DNA of 62,582 nucleotides, counting the filler, from Perkinsus olseni (lineage: Eukaryota), in NCBI GenBank assembly GCA_013115125.1. It is 9 parts of 9 records of this genome, joined end to end, with 100 filler letters (N's around TTAATTAATTAA, not from the genome) between each part and the next. Parts side by side here need not be neighbours in the genome. Positions count along the whole stretch, not along the records: positions 1 to 6,911 come from JABANN010001057.1; positions 7,012 to 13,896 come from JABANN010001058.1; 7 more parts are not named here. One strand, 5' to 3'. Positions 1 to 11,745 of this stretch are shown piece after piece. The notes under the pieces were generated by a model. It was not told the origin of the DNA and made no database searches. It worked only from the letters and a program-made list of their open reading frames with translations. The first letter of the stretch is position 1, and each line of letters opens with the position of its first letter. Made by a program: the position numbers and the translations under genes.

Positions 1-228
1 TATTCGAAGTGTTCGGTGACCGTTGATTGACTGTCCCGTTTTTGCGTGCACGTGTGACGCGCGCTTTGTTCCTCGGACGTTTCTAGTGAATAACTGCTCC
101 TCGAGAAACGCTCCTGTGATTTATTACTCATTATTATGCTCATGTCATCGTGGCTCGACTGTATTACTCGTTGTTGTACTGTAGAGTCATATTTGCTACT
201 GATTGCTGGCTTGTAGGCTGTTTATTCA

Positions 229-1128
229 ATGCCTAGCGTGTTGACCAAACTTCAGGAGCTTCTTGAAGTTCGGCCCGAGAAGCGAGGAGATAATCTGCAA
301 TGCTTCGTCGAGACCTTCAACCAGCAAGACCCGCCTGCTTTGACGATACCTATGGCTGCCCGGACTTCTTGAGGAAGGATTTTGTCGCCTACAACCACCC
401 TCTGGTTGCTGGCGTGGTCCCCAGTTTCGACGAAGAATGTTCGGCCCGCCTACTGTTCCTCAGCGAGCTTGGTGAAGGTCCCGAGAAAGGTAAGGATTCT
501 CGTGAAGAAGCTTGGCCTGCGGAGCCGCGTATCGTCTCTGCGGCTGGTATTCTCCGTTGGCTCCATTCGGCCCAGCTCGGCGCGATGTCTGTGACTATTC
601 ATTGCTCTGGTGGTGCTACGGATGGTGAAGTGAGAACGGAATGTGACGTGCTGTTCTGTTGCTACCGACATCTTGAAGCTGCCCTGCCTGTGGTTATGAG
701 GCTGAGTCGAGAACGCCCCCTAGCCAAGAACAGTTTTCGTATTTTCGGCCCGGTCTATGAGAGCCTTCGAGAGTAACTTGCTGGACGACTTGGGACGACC
801 TTCCGGTCTAGATCGGCCCGAAGTTTTGGTAGATATGCTCTATAAGTTCGAGTCCGTCCGTGCCAAGTATGGTTATCCTCTGCCGAGAGCCTCATTGACT
901 CCGTTTCCCGAGCCATTCGAGACTCGGCCCGGTGAACGTGTGGTGGCTCCTGCCACTGGTGGTAATCGCCGACGTCAACAACGCTATTCCATCAACTATG
1001 CCTGGGCTCAGCGTACCGACTCCTCCGATGCGGTAGTTCGGCCCGTGTTGGACAATTACTCCAAGGCGGAAGATTCTATTGAAGATCGCGGAAGTCCTGA
1101 GCAAGAGCATTGGTGGAGACGATTCTGA
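229..1128 (+). pseudogene. Frameshifted gag-like ORF of a putative LTR retroelement
   Basis: ATG at 229, then overlapping ORFs 300-776 and 757-1128 in shifted frames. Followed by a polypurine tract and TG start. The gag call rests on context, not on a motif. Confidence 0.35.
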
Positions 1129-1307
1129 AGAGCCTGCATGGTGTGTTTCGGCCCGTTGCCTAATTGAGTGGTTCACTTCGGTGAGGTTCGGCCCGTTGCC
1201 AGTGCCAATGCCAGCTAGCTAGAGTAGAAGATGACATCTGAGTATATGATGATTGAGTATATAATGACTATTCTCATTCCAATTTTGAGTATCCGTGCCT
1301 AGGTTTT

Positions 1308-2125
1308 GCGGGGAGGGGATGTTATGGGACGAACTTCGGCCCATTTCCGTCACTCGCCACGAAAACCTACGGCCCGTATATGGGACACTCGTCCCTTGTG
1401 TTGTGACGATTGCTTCATAGTGTTGCAAGCTTACGCGGTCAATTTATTGGGCAAGTTCAAAGCTCGACTGAGAAGTAGACCAAGTTGTGAGATGGGGACG
1501 ATACCTGAGTGTTCACCCATCCCAACCCACCCAAGTCTAGGTTGTTAGGGAGGCACAAATCAGCGATATGTCTCTCGGGCATTAGAGACCTTGTGAGGGT
1601 TGTACCCTTGTTTGAGGGGTTAACTTCGATTGATGAATGTCCGAGATGAGATCGCCTGTTTTGTGCAGCTAGATACTCGGGTTGGGGATATTTGTGAATG
1701 TACTGTATAATGTACATCGCAACCCCAACGAAACGAGTTTCGGCACGAGTATCAGGCCCAAATACCCACACTCCTTAATCAACCAAACTCTCAACTTATG
1801 AGTATCAAACCAATCTCTGAGACACCCTTATCCATGCCAGGCGAGACCAAACACTCACAGCTCGAAGAGCTGTGGTGTTTGGTGGGCTTCTACGGCGAAG
1901 GAGGCTTTGATGAGCTACAAACCTAGTACGCTAGAGAGTGTTGCAGCGTCATACTCATAAGTACGTGTGAATTCCATAGTGGATTCGTGGATTCATATCT
2001 ACGTATTATCGTATCTATTGTACGCTTGGCAGTGTACTCTAAGGTGCAAGGTTTGGATTGCGTTATCTATAAGTTGGGTTATTACGTAGCGACAAGTCTA
2101 TCAAACTTGCGTTCATACCTTGACA
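1308..2125 (+). mobile_element. Polypurine tract plus putative 3' LTR (TGTTA...TGACA)
   Basis: GCGGGGAGGGGA at 1308-1319 directly precedes TGTTATGG at 1320. A candidate LTR end TTGACA lies at 2120-2125. The right boundary is uncertain. Confidence 0.45.
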
Positions 2126-3027
2126 AGTGCTCTCTCTATCGCTAGCATTTCGGCTTGTCCTGAAACGGCACATGCTGGCAATTTGAAAAAATCCTTCAGC
2201 GAACGGTTCGCGAGGTCGTTAGAACATGTATGCTGCTCCTATAACGTCGTGGTCATAGCCTTCTTCGCCCTCTTTTCGGAAACCATCTGTGTAGACGACA
2301 AGCTATTCTTCGTCTGGCTGCGATCGCCTTCTCTTGCGATGCTTATGCCCCCACCCACGTCGTGATTCTCTTCGCTGCTGTTAATCCATGCTCTCTCGGG
2401 CTCGTATCCCGACGTCCTTCGGTCAGTCGTGGTGGCCACCCATTTCTGGCACAGGACTTCCCATGCCCTACTGTGCAGCATGAGAGTTGACAGGCAGTCC
2501 GTCGGTCTGCCGTCGACGCTCCTGTTTTAGGTTAAGACAACGATCATTCAATCAATGAGGCGAGCGGACAGGGGTTGCTCACCCACGAGAATCTCAATCG
2601 CTGCCTTAAATGATCTTTTAAGGTAATCGCAGGCCCATTCTGAGGAAGGATCGGTAGGCTCCGTCGATCTGCTCTCTGCTCCCTTCGTTTGCCAAGGCTA
2701 GCCTCCATACGGCGAATCCATTCTCCGTAATTGGCTGCCATACTGGACGAGCCGCCTCCCGATTGCCGACGGTGTCAATATTCCGATTAACTCAGTTTTT
2801 CGTTGTCAAACGCGCAAGATTCCGCCTCGCGGTGCACGTACGTGCACGCCCGGCGTGGCGTGGTGACACGTGCCAGGGTTGAATGAGCAAGTCCGAAGGA
2901 CGTCACGTGGTTCTGAGGTTCGAGGGGTGAGTCTCTCGAGGTCTTGAGTTCCACATCTTCTCGACCCTGCCCATCCCTCCCTTGATAAGTTATTACGCGG
3001 GAGGATCAGCCTCCGTGGCGTTTCGTC

Positions 3028-3300
3028 CTCTGATACGTTCAGGCCCCTCTGACAGAGGGCCTCTGTCTGCGAAGCTCGTTTGCTTGCGTCGCTTCCCACT
3101 GCCTAGTGCGCGAGATAGCGAGATCGCAGTCGAAGTTTCATCCGTACGTTCTTCTCACGTAGCGGGTGACACTTGCCGTGAAGGACTTGCATTTGGCGAT
3201 CTTGGCCAGAACATGTTGGTTGAAGGTGAGGGATCTCGCTATGACTATACCGATCTCTTTCATTATTGCTCGTCTATCTGTCGCTGCGATAGCTACACAG
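3028..3300 (-). pseudogene. Degenerate non-LTR (LINE) reverse transcriptase thumb fragment
   Basis: Minus-strand translation MKEIGIVIARSLTFNQHVLAKIAKCKSFTASVTRYVRRTYG* resembles the LINE KYLGV.LD..LTF..HV.....K........R.WG signature. Confidence 0.6.
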
Positions 3301-3413
3301 TGTAGCGGTCTCCTTTCTGGAGAGATTCAGGTTCGCCCCCTGGAAGGCCTCCTTGGGTTTTCCGGCGACAGCGAGTAAACTGACCTGCCCTGGCATCAGG
3401 ATCGCTGGAGAGC

Positions 3414-4443
3414 GTGTTGGGCTTGATCGAGGTGTGTTCCGATCTGGGTCTGGGGCGTTGAGGGAGCTTACTGTTGTAACTGGCTGCTGCCTATCGTTAT
3501 CCGTGCATATTTTTATCAGGTAATTTTTGCGTAGATCGTTCTCTTTTCACCAGTGATGTCTTCGCATTACAAGTGATAATCCCTCAAATACACCATCTGA
3601 TTCTGCCACATTTATGTCCATAATAATTTTTCGGCCGTATTCATGAACCATTCTCTGCTTTTACATGTCCCATATACAAACGAGCTCCGTATGCTGTTCG
3701 GCTCGCATCGACGTCTAGGGTCCATTTCTGATTTATATCCAACTACCATTCGTCTTGTGCTGGGGCACTCCTTCCTTGTGGATTATTTCCTGATAAGAAA
3801 ATATGCACGGATAACGATATGCGGCAGCCAGTCACAAGAGTAAGCCCCCCAGGGCCCCAGACCCAGATCGGAACACACCTCGATCAAGCCCAACACTAGC
3901 ATCAATGGACTCAAGCACGAGGTGGATAAGCACCAACCAGTGTCAGGAAAACGAATAGAAATTTGCAACAAATTAGGAAATAATCCACAAGGAAGGAGTG
4001 CCCAGCACAAGACGAATGGTAGTTGGATATGGGACATGTAAAAGCAGAGAATGGTTCATGAATACGCCCGAAAAATTACTATGGACGTAAATATGACAGA
4101 ATCAGGTGGTGTATTTGAGGGATTATTACTTGTAATGCGAAGAACCGATCACTGGTGATAGGAGAACGATTTACGCAAAAATTAACTGGTAAAAAATATG
4201 CACGGATAACGATATGCGGCAGCCAGTCACAAGAGTAAGCTCCCCCAGGGCCCCAGACCCAGATCGGAACACACCTCAATCAAGCCCAACACTAGCATCA
4301 ATGGACTCAAGCACGAGGTGGATAAGCACCAACCGGTGTCAGAAAAACGAATAGAAATTTGCAACAAATTAGTTAATTTTTGTTTGTTTTTCTGACACCG
4401 GTTGGTGCTTATCCAGCTTGTGCTTGAGTCCATTGATGCTAGT
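3414..4443. repeat. Complex repeat: 395-bp tandem unit with an inverted copy and a terminal hairpin
   Basis: ATATGCACGGATAACG... occurs at 3801 and 4196 (period 395). 3414-3790 is a reverse-complement copy of about 3975-4292. Arms at about 4291-4348 and 4386-4443 are inverted. Confidence 0.9.
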
Positions 4444-4959
4444 CTTGTCAACATAGCACACGCACCCCGTAACCATCCTACTAAATAATCTGCTCGAATC
4501 AGGTTGTTGCTGCCACGGACAAATTATGGCAGTCAAATTATTAATTATTACCCCGCAGTCTATCGAACTGCGAGTCTGTTCTTAGTCTCCACTAGGGGAG
4601 CAGCAGAAGCGGCAAGTCGCTCCCATGCTCACTCGATGAGGCGCATAGCTAGGAAATGGGCCGGTTGTGACACTGTATGCACTGATGTGGAACAGTGTAT
4701 GACATAAACCTGTTAACAACCACGACGTCGAAGGAGAATACCGATGGATCACCAAAGATTCCAATTACCAGCTCCCTCCCATTCGTTGACGTCCACTTTA
4801 CATTTCAGGCCTGACAGGCGGTCGTTCTGAGTCTCGAGTCGACTACTGATCACCTCACTAACGATCTCCATGAATGATGGGTTCGCTATATATCCAAGCT
4901 CGTGAGTCGATGATGAGGGAACTGCTCACGCCATCGGACAGTCGGGATGCTCTGAATCT

Positions 4960-5300
4960 ACTTGAGACTCCAGCTGCTACCTGTATCACCCTTTTGTAGG
5001 TTGCCTTTTGCAGTAACAGGCAACCACTCTTCTGAGTTAAACCCGCAGGGTTCGACATGGGTAAAACCTAAAGCGAGAGGAGGCCATCCTTCTTGCTTCC
5101 GAAGACGACACAAGCTACAATGTCACTCTCACATTACCTAACTTTCAATAGTCATCCGCTTACTAATCACATCCCACGACTTGTGGAATGCAGCCTTAAG
5201 GAAAGTTGTGTCCAAACCACGTAGGGCCCCCGAGCAAACAAACTTGCTTACCACACGCTGTTGCGCAGGAAAAGGCATCCTGGTGATGTACATAACATCC
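4960..5300 (-). pseudogene. Possible highly decayed LINE ORF2 pre-RT region
   Basis: GLDTTFLKAAFHKSWDVISK and GCLLLQKATYKRV weakly resemble the GPDG....LK and GKLLEKI...RL segments. It lies between two RT fragments on the same strand. Confidence 0.25.
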
Positions 5301-6663
5301 GCTAAGCAACTCGAACCCGTTGCCAACTGCCAATATAAGCTCAAGACCTGCCTCTCCCGTCCACGCCTCGCTACTACTGCTACCATCCACGACGTGTCTG
5401 ATGCGTTCATGGAATTTCGCGTTTCTGATGCGCTGGGGTCCTTTTCAAAGTTTGGCGAAGAAAATACCAGTTCTCCCGCATGATCTACGGGAGCTCCATG
5501 GCTCCCTCTTGCATCCAGAGTGGGGTGGCTCACGTGGAAGCCAGCTTAGCCCCTTCTGTTGAGCATCCCCTTTTCACTCCGGTTCTCACCCCCGACGGTA
5601 CTGTTGACTTTTGTCCCGACGACATCGTCGACTTCGACGACTCGGAGCTTAAGCAATGCTCTTGCATGTACGACATCTTGGACTTTCGCAATCCCCGGAC
5701 ACCTCTGCCGCCATTCCACTCATCGACACGTACCACGCTCAATATTCACCTCTCAAGGCTGATTTATCACAGGTGCCTCTGCGCCCAGTCCTATACTGGT
5801 TCTAGGTCTCTAACTGATCGATTCAGGGGACGCTCTGCGCTACTCCGCGGAAGCTGTCGACCAGGTTCTCCACTGTTCGATGAGCACTCACTCGCCCTAC
5901 CACGAAGCCTTGAGCCTCTTGGGCGTGTTGCTACAGGAGCCTGACTTCTTCGCGTATCACGTCATCCCAGCCAAGAACCTTCTGGTAGATCTCATCGGTG
6001 AACCTCCGTTTGTACATCGCTGTTTCATACATTGTATATTTTGTCTAAGATTTTTTCAGCAATGGCCGGGTTCATCCCGCTCGTTCGCTGCTGTTCCTCA
6101 GTCACAATGCCGTTACAGTCTCTTTCGTATGTACCTCATTCATCCACGGGTCTAACATACATGATCCTTTCAATGACGCCGTTCCGTCCAATCATGCGCT
6201 AACTCCGCTTCTCCGACTAGGACTGGAAAGAAGGCCACTTTGACATCTGGACCTTCCAGGAATGGTTCGAAGCATTATGTCCTTGTCACTTATGTCCGTT
6301 ATGTCTCATGTCCTATGTCACTTGTGCTTGCCGAAGCGGCAAGTTCCTGCTTCCATCTCATTCTCATCTCTCCTCTCCGGTCTCTCCGTGTTTCTGCTAT
6401 GACCGCGTTGGGTAGCCTTGCCCTCTCCTCGCCAGGGCCAGGCCGCCGAACTCACTCGGTTAGTTTGTGCCATCACTACGATCACTGAGGCTGGGGGCTG
6501 GCATTCTATCTTCTTTTGACGGATATCTTTCCTCTACTCTACCTTTCTCCACTCCTCTCGCCGCATGCTCTGAGGCTTCGGCCAATCATCTTACTGCTAC
6601 GTGCTACGTGCTACTGCTTGCTTCCACTCTTACCGGACCTTCATCTCGTTGATCACTTTCGCT

Positions 6664-6911
6664 CTCTGATACGTTCAGGCCCCTCTGTCTGCGGAGCTCG
6701 CTTACTTGCGTCGCTTCCCACTGCCTAAAGCGCGAGGCAGCGAGATCGCTGTCGGAGTTTCATCCGTACGTTCTTCTCACGTAGCGGGTGACACTTGCCA
6801 TGCATTTGACGATCTTGGCCAGAACATGTTGGTTGAAGGTGAGGGATCTCGCTATGACTATACCGATCACTTTTATTATCGCTCCTCCATCTGCCGCTGC
6901 GATAACTACAC
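6664..6911 (-). pseudogene. Second diverged copy of the same LINE RT fragment
   Basis: Direct repeat of 3028-3299 with substitutions and small indels, truncated by the contig end. Confidence 0.6.
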
Positions 6912-7011
6912 NNNNNNNNNNNNNNNNNNNNNNNNNNNNNNNNNNNNNNNNNNNNTTAATTAATTAANNNNNNNNNNNNNNNNNNNNNNNNNNNNNNNNN
7001 NNNNNNNNNNN
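6912..7011. other. Artificial contig spacer (N44-TTAATTAATTAA-N44)
   Basis: Identical 100-bp block with an all-frame stop linker. It recurs at 13897-13996, 20882-20981, 27862-27961, 34824-34923, 41776-41875, 48718-48817 and 55654-55753. Contig lengths run 6911, 6885, 6885, 6880, 6862, 6852, 6842, 6836, 6829. Confidence 0.99.
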
Positions 7012-7127
7012 CAAGTCGAATGTGATTGTTTTTCGGGTATGTGTAATCATGCAAAGTTTGAGGAAAATTGAACGGTACACAGCGGAAAAGACCCTTCGTT
7101 GCTGCAGTCCGGTAGTAGGATCAAGCG

Positions 7128-9024
7128 GTGAGTGTCACCCGAAAAGCGCGCGCCCGCACGGGCCCCTCCCCGCGCGGGCGAAAAGTGTGTGAATGGGTGG
7201 GGGTGGGATCGACGCTTTTCCACCGTCCACCAAGCCACATGCAGCTGAAGCTTCTTGAGCAAATACTCGACAACATTGACCAAAGGCCATCATATGTACC
7301 GACTCCTGTATCAACGACGATAGATCTATCCCTTGTATCTTTGTCTGAACAAGGAAATGATTGGAGTGACGTCGACTGTGGTTATTATCCGTGGCCCCTA
7401 TTCGAAGACGAGCAAGCTGAAGGAGCTGGGATCCCACTGAATTATCTTTCACCGCGAGCTGGTCCCCTACCTGTTCCACTCCCGGAAACGGAAGAAGATC
7501 AACTCCCAGTGCTCTCCGATCAAGATCGTGAACAACTCGACAGCCTGATTCAATCCTCCGTTGAAGAGGAACCTGTCTTCGGTAAAGTACAGTGCTTTCT
7601 TCGAGATGGTACGGTAACGTCCCCCTACACGTACGAACGACTCCGACGTGCAGCTTCCGAGTATGTCTTAGAAGAGGTTACTGGTTATCTATACAGAGCG
7701 GTGCTGCAGAGGCCGGACGGTACGCTCATTCGACAACGAGTTATTGGGAGGAGTATGCGACAGCTGGCTTACAAACTAGTTGCCGATCTGCACATCAAAT
7801 GTACTCATCTCGGTGCCAAGCAGCTTCTGGAGAAGGTGAAGGAGAAGTACCACTTCCGCAATCAGCCGAAGATCGTACGACGTTGTCTTCGACTATGTCG
7901 TGCGTGTCTGAAGGCCAATGCGGTGCGACGGTTCAACTCGGGTGCCGGCATGCACCACGTCGAGGATTTGCTACCGTTCCAGGTATTGGGTGTTGATGTG
8001 TATCTACCATACCTGAAGGACGGAACAAAAGCACGACGCCCTTACTCTGGTAGTCTGGTGGTTACCTGCCTCGGCTCTGGCTTCCAACGAGTCTCATTGC
8101 TGACTGGTCCGATCACAACAAAGAGCGTTTGCTCAGCGTTGGCTCTTCTCTTTGACAACAGTCTTTGGCCGTGCATTTTGCTCATCCTGCTCTTGTGACC
8201 CCCATTTCTATGAGGGGCGCCCATGGTATGATATCTTACCTGAGATCATCGCTAACCTCAACGAGTTGCCCTACTCAGATGATTGCTGGTTAAGCCCGAA
8301 AATGATGATATTTGGGTTCTACTCTCCAGATTCGTACTACAATAATAGTATGTCGATGGATCATCTATGCGACAAGTTGGTCGGTATTGAGAGCATCGCG
8401 AACATCAAGAAGATTCGAGCCGACTCACAAAAAAATCATAAACTCCGTTTGGTGGACTACCTGAGGCATTGGACTATCTACAGAGAAGCGTCCAGGGCGA
8501 GGGTACTATCAGCACACGGTAAACCGTGTGACTTGGTTGAAGGCGATTTATGTTATCATTTGGTTGATAACCCCAAGACTAAACTATCATCGCGAGTCTT
8601 GGGACCGTATACAGTTCAGCAGTTCGAGCCTGGGAAGTCTACGGCGGTTATTATGGGATTCAACGGTGCTACTACTAGAGCGTGGGTATCAAATCTCGTC
8701 AAAGTCCCCAAGAATGACATATTCAACTCCGCTGAGACGTCTCGTGATGTGATGGCTGACGCCGACGAACACGGCTCGGCAGGTGCTGGCGCTTCTTCAT
8801 CTACTTCGACAAATCCTGTCCCTTCGAAGCCTGTTATTGACGATTCCAGTGCCGCCCCCTCAAAGCCCGTTATGGACGATACTGACTCCAAATCCGCAGA
8901 AAGTGGCAATGGTGACAAAGCTCTACGCTACTTGGATCGTTTACCATATCAGTGGGATCTGAGAGATCTACCTCCTCTTGTCGTCCTCCCTCCTCCTGGC
9001 CGCTCGGGTGCAACTGCAGGATAA
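7128..9024 (+). mobile_element. LTR retrotransposon integrase (HHCC zinc finger plus partial core), internally deleted/frameshifted, BEL/Pao-like
   Basis: LHIKCTHLGAKQLLEKVKEKYHF...CRAC; PFQVLGVDVY...LVVTCLGSG; C-terminal LNELPY...SPKMMIFG and KLSSRVLGPYTV. The core between ORFs 7128-8198 and 8152-9024 is missing. Confidence 0.85.
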
Positions 9025-9097
9025 GGCTGGCGAACTCTATTTATATTCTTTTTCTTGCGGCCGGAGAATTCAGTGATGCCACTGAATATTGAGGAAT

Positions 9098-9288
9098 TGT
9101 AAGAGCGCAAGATCACTAAGCGCTCTCTCGCGCAACAATTCACACAATTGCATCTGTCCCCATTAGCCTAGCTATAGCTGTGTCTCGTCACCAGCCTCAT
9201 ATACTCTAACATACGTATATCACTATTACCGCATCCACGGTCTGGTTGCGTTGTGTTCCTATATTCGCTTGGTAAGGTATCGACTACA
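9098..9288 (+). mobile_element. Putative short LTR (TGTA...TACA)
   Basis: TGTAAG at 9098 and GACTACA ending at 9288, 73 bp after the integrase stop. No clear PPT or target-site duplication. Confidence 0.35.
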
Positions 9289-10379
9289 CCCTCATCAACG
9301 AATTCGCGCCCCCCAACATGAGATGCAGCACACGTAGAAACGGTGAAATAAAAGACATGGATACTGCAGGTACGGGTCGTCAAAACGAATCTCTCGTGAT
9401 GAAATCAGTGATTGGATATTGGTTGTGACTTTTAGGCCTTCGACGGTTCATGTCCATATCCTTTAGAGTAATCCTGTACCTGACAAACAAGGTCGGATTT
9501 TGAAACAATGGTTTAGGACCATCCGGCGAGGATAATATTTCCATAGGACCGTCGAGAGTCGCATGAGCATCTCAATTCTCCTTCCGAGGCGAAGCCCTCT
9601 AGTACTGGCGGCGCCACCTCATAGTAGAATCCTTCACGCCATACGATCAACGAACAGGACGACAGGAACCAGTCGGGTTATGCCACAAATCGAAGCTACG
9701 AATAAGTTTGCCGCCGAGCATGTACATCGCTGTTAACACGTTCTGAGCGATTATTATGGTGACTCCATCATCCCGAGGTGAGTGCGAATTCAAGATTACA
9801 TCTTATCCCAACGTTTGCCAGTTATGATAAGCTCTTTAGCGTTGCTACCATAGCTCTCCTCCGCTCCTCTGGGCTTAGCGATACCATTCATAACGAAATT
9901 GAAGAGATCACCAGTGGGCTGATGGATACCGCGCAAGTTCTAACGAAGGAAGCGTTACCAGGAAAGAAACTACCAAATAGCATTACCAGTATCTTCGTGA
10001 CCCTACATGTGGCCGGGTCGATAGCCACTATGTAATAAGGGAAAGTCGGAGGAATCACCTCCCTGTGGACAGCAAGTGGGTAAACATTCAGGCTGATGAA
10101 ATTACATGAAAATGTTGGCGTAGAGAGTGCCATCAATCCACTCCAGTTCGTTGAGCATACCCACGGGACGGTCCTTTCCGTCACCAATATCAGCCATCAC
10201 TCTACAACCTGAAGGGAAAATGCATACTCGACCTAACACTGTCATTAACGCAGTACTGGATAGATCTCTAAAGTCCTCAACTGCCAGTGTGTAGAGAGTA
10301 CTACTACCATCACTTGCGTAAAGTACCTACCCGGTAGGTCCTACCGCCAAAGCGTTGACGATCGGCACAATCGCCATCA

Positions 10380-10886
10380 TCACGAAGCATCACCACGCAG
10401 CGTCGGTCCCAGTCTAACCAAGCCGTACTGTCGGCTTTGGACTTCAAACTCACACACACGCCACGCAGCAATACCCCTCCTCGGAAGCACTATTAGTAGT
10501 ACCTTATCGTTAGAATCATAAGCTAAGCCCCATCCAACATGAGGATACTCAACCGACTTCAACTCCTCGCCACTGACAGCATCTATCACATATGCTCTTT
10601 TGTTTCTCCTGAAAACCATCGCCATCAACGCGTTACCGACATTCCCTCACTACCACGTCAAGGCGTGAATCTTCCCCTTCTCAGCGACAGTGATGCCCTC
10701 CGCAAACTCATCGTCCTTGAAACGATAAATAACCTCACCATTACGCAAAATACGAGACTCTTTCAACCTAAACAGAGTCAACATCATCCAACTGACTCGT
10801 TGCCCACCATTACCATCCACAACTCTCAAGAAGTGCCCCATCGTACGGGTCATACTCAAGTCCTTGCGTAAAACAACTGGCGTCAT
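10380..10886 (-). pseudogene. Disrupted beta-strand-rich (propeller-like) hypothetical gene fragments
   Basis: Collinear ORFs 10650-10886 and 10380-10628 with AEGITV..KGKIH and GWGLAYDSNDKVLLI segments, interrupted by a stop. Confidence 0.35.
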
Positions 10887-11421
10887 GTGGCATCACCTCC
10901 AACACTTCATAATCATAGTACCTACAGGAGTGTCGATCACACGGAAAGACGAAGGCAAACCGCTCACTTCGCCTCCTTTTCGACAGCTGGCGTGGCGCTC
11001 TTCAGTTCAACTCTTCTTCCACTTAAAGATGCACTTCTAGAGTACCACACCGCCAACGACGCCAAAATCAAGCCGTAGACGATCAACATCTGCAAGAGCA
11101 GTTGGGATCAACCAACGCACGGATTGTGGAGGAGAGAGAAGCTTACTTTGTAAAAACGCGTTGTAGAACGGGGTGCCTGAATGAAGTAGCTTGAAGAGAG
11201 ACTGAGGATCGGCATTACCTGCTGAGGCGGTGCGGCGTGGTCACTCCAGCCTGAGGTAGCTGTCTGGTTGTTTCTGCGCCTCTTGTAGGGGGTTGATGGC
11301 ATAAGCAAGAGGAAGCGTCGAGGGACGAGGGAGCCAAGCAGAGTGAGGGTAAGGGAAAACTATCAGATACCGTTGAATAAAAGTGAGAATAGTCCGTAAT
11401 GTGGGGGTTCCGAAGTACTCA

Positions 11422-11588
11422 GGGTTGGAAACTGAAAGATGCCTTAAAGGGGAAACCGAAAGATACCATAAAAGGGAAACCGAAAGATACCATAAAAGGG
11501 AAACCGAAAGATACCATAGGAGGGAAACCGAAAGATACCATTAGGGGGAAACTGAAAGATACCATTAGGGGGAACTGAAAGATACCAC
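11422..11588. repeat. 24-bp minisatellite, about 7 copies (AAAAGGGAAACCGAAAGATACCAT)
   Basis: Head-to-tail copies read directly, with gradual divergence. Confidence 0.95.
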
Positions 11589-11745
11589 AAATAGAAAATA
11601 ACTGACACCTAAGACTAGGTACTGAAGTCTACCATATGACAAGCCGAAGAATGGGACATGGAGAAACTTGAGATTACAGATCCTGCATACGAAAGCTGTA
11701 AGTCATTCACCTCTTAGGTTAAGAGTCTCAACCACCACCGAAAGT

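Noticed and set aside
6956-6967. TTAATTAATTAA palindrome recurring about every 6.9 kb
   Set aside because: Artificial linker inside N spacers. Cross-contig adjacency has no biological meaning.
11422-11588. Possible CRISPR array
   Set aside because: Units are head-to-tail with no unique spacers, the context is eukaryotic and no cas genes are present.
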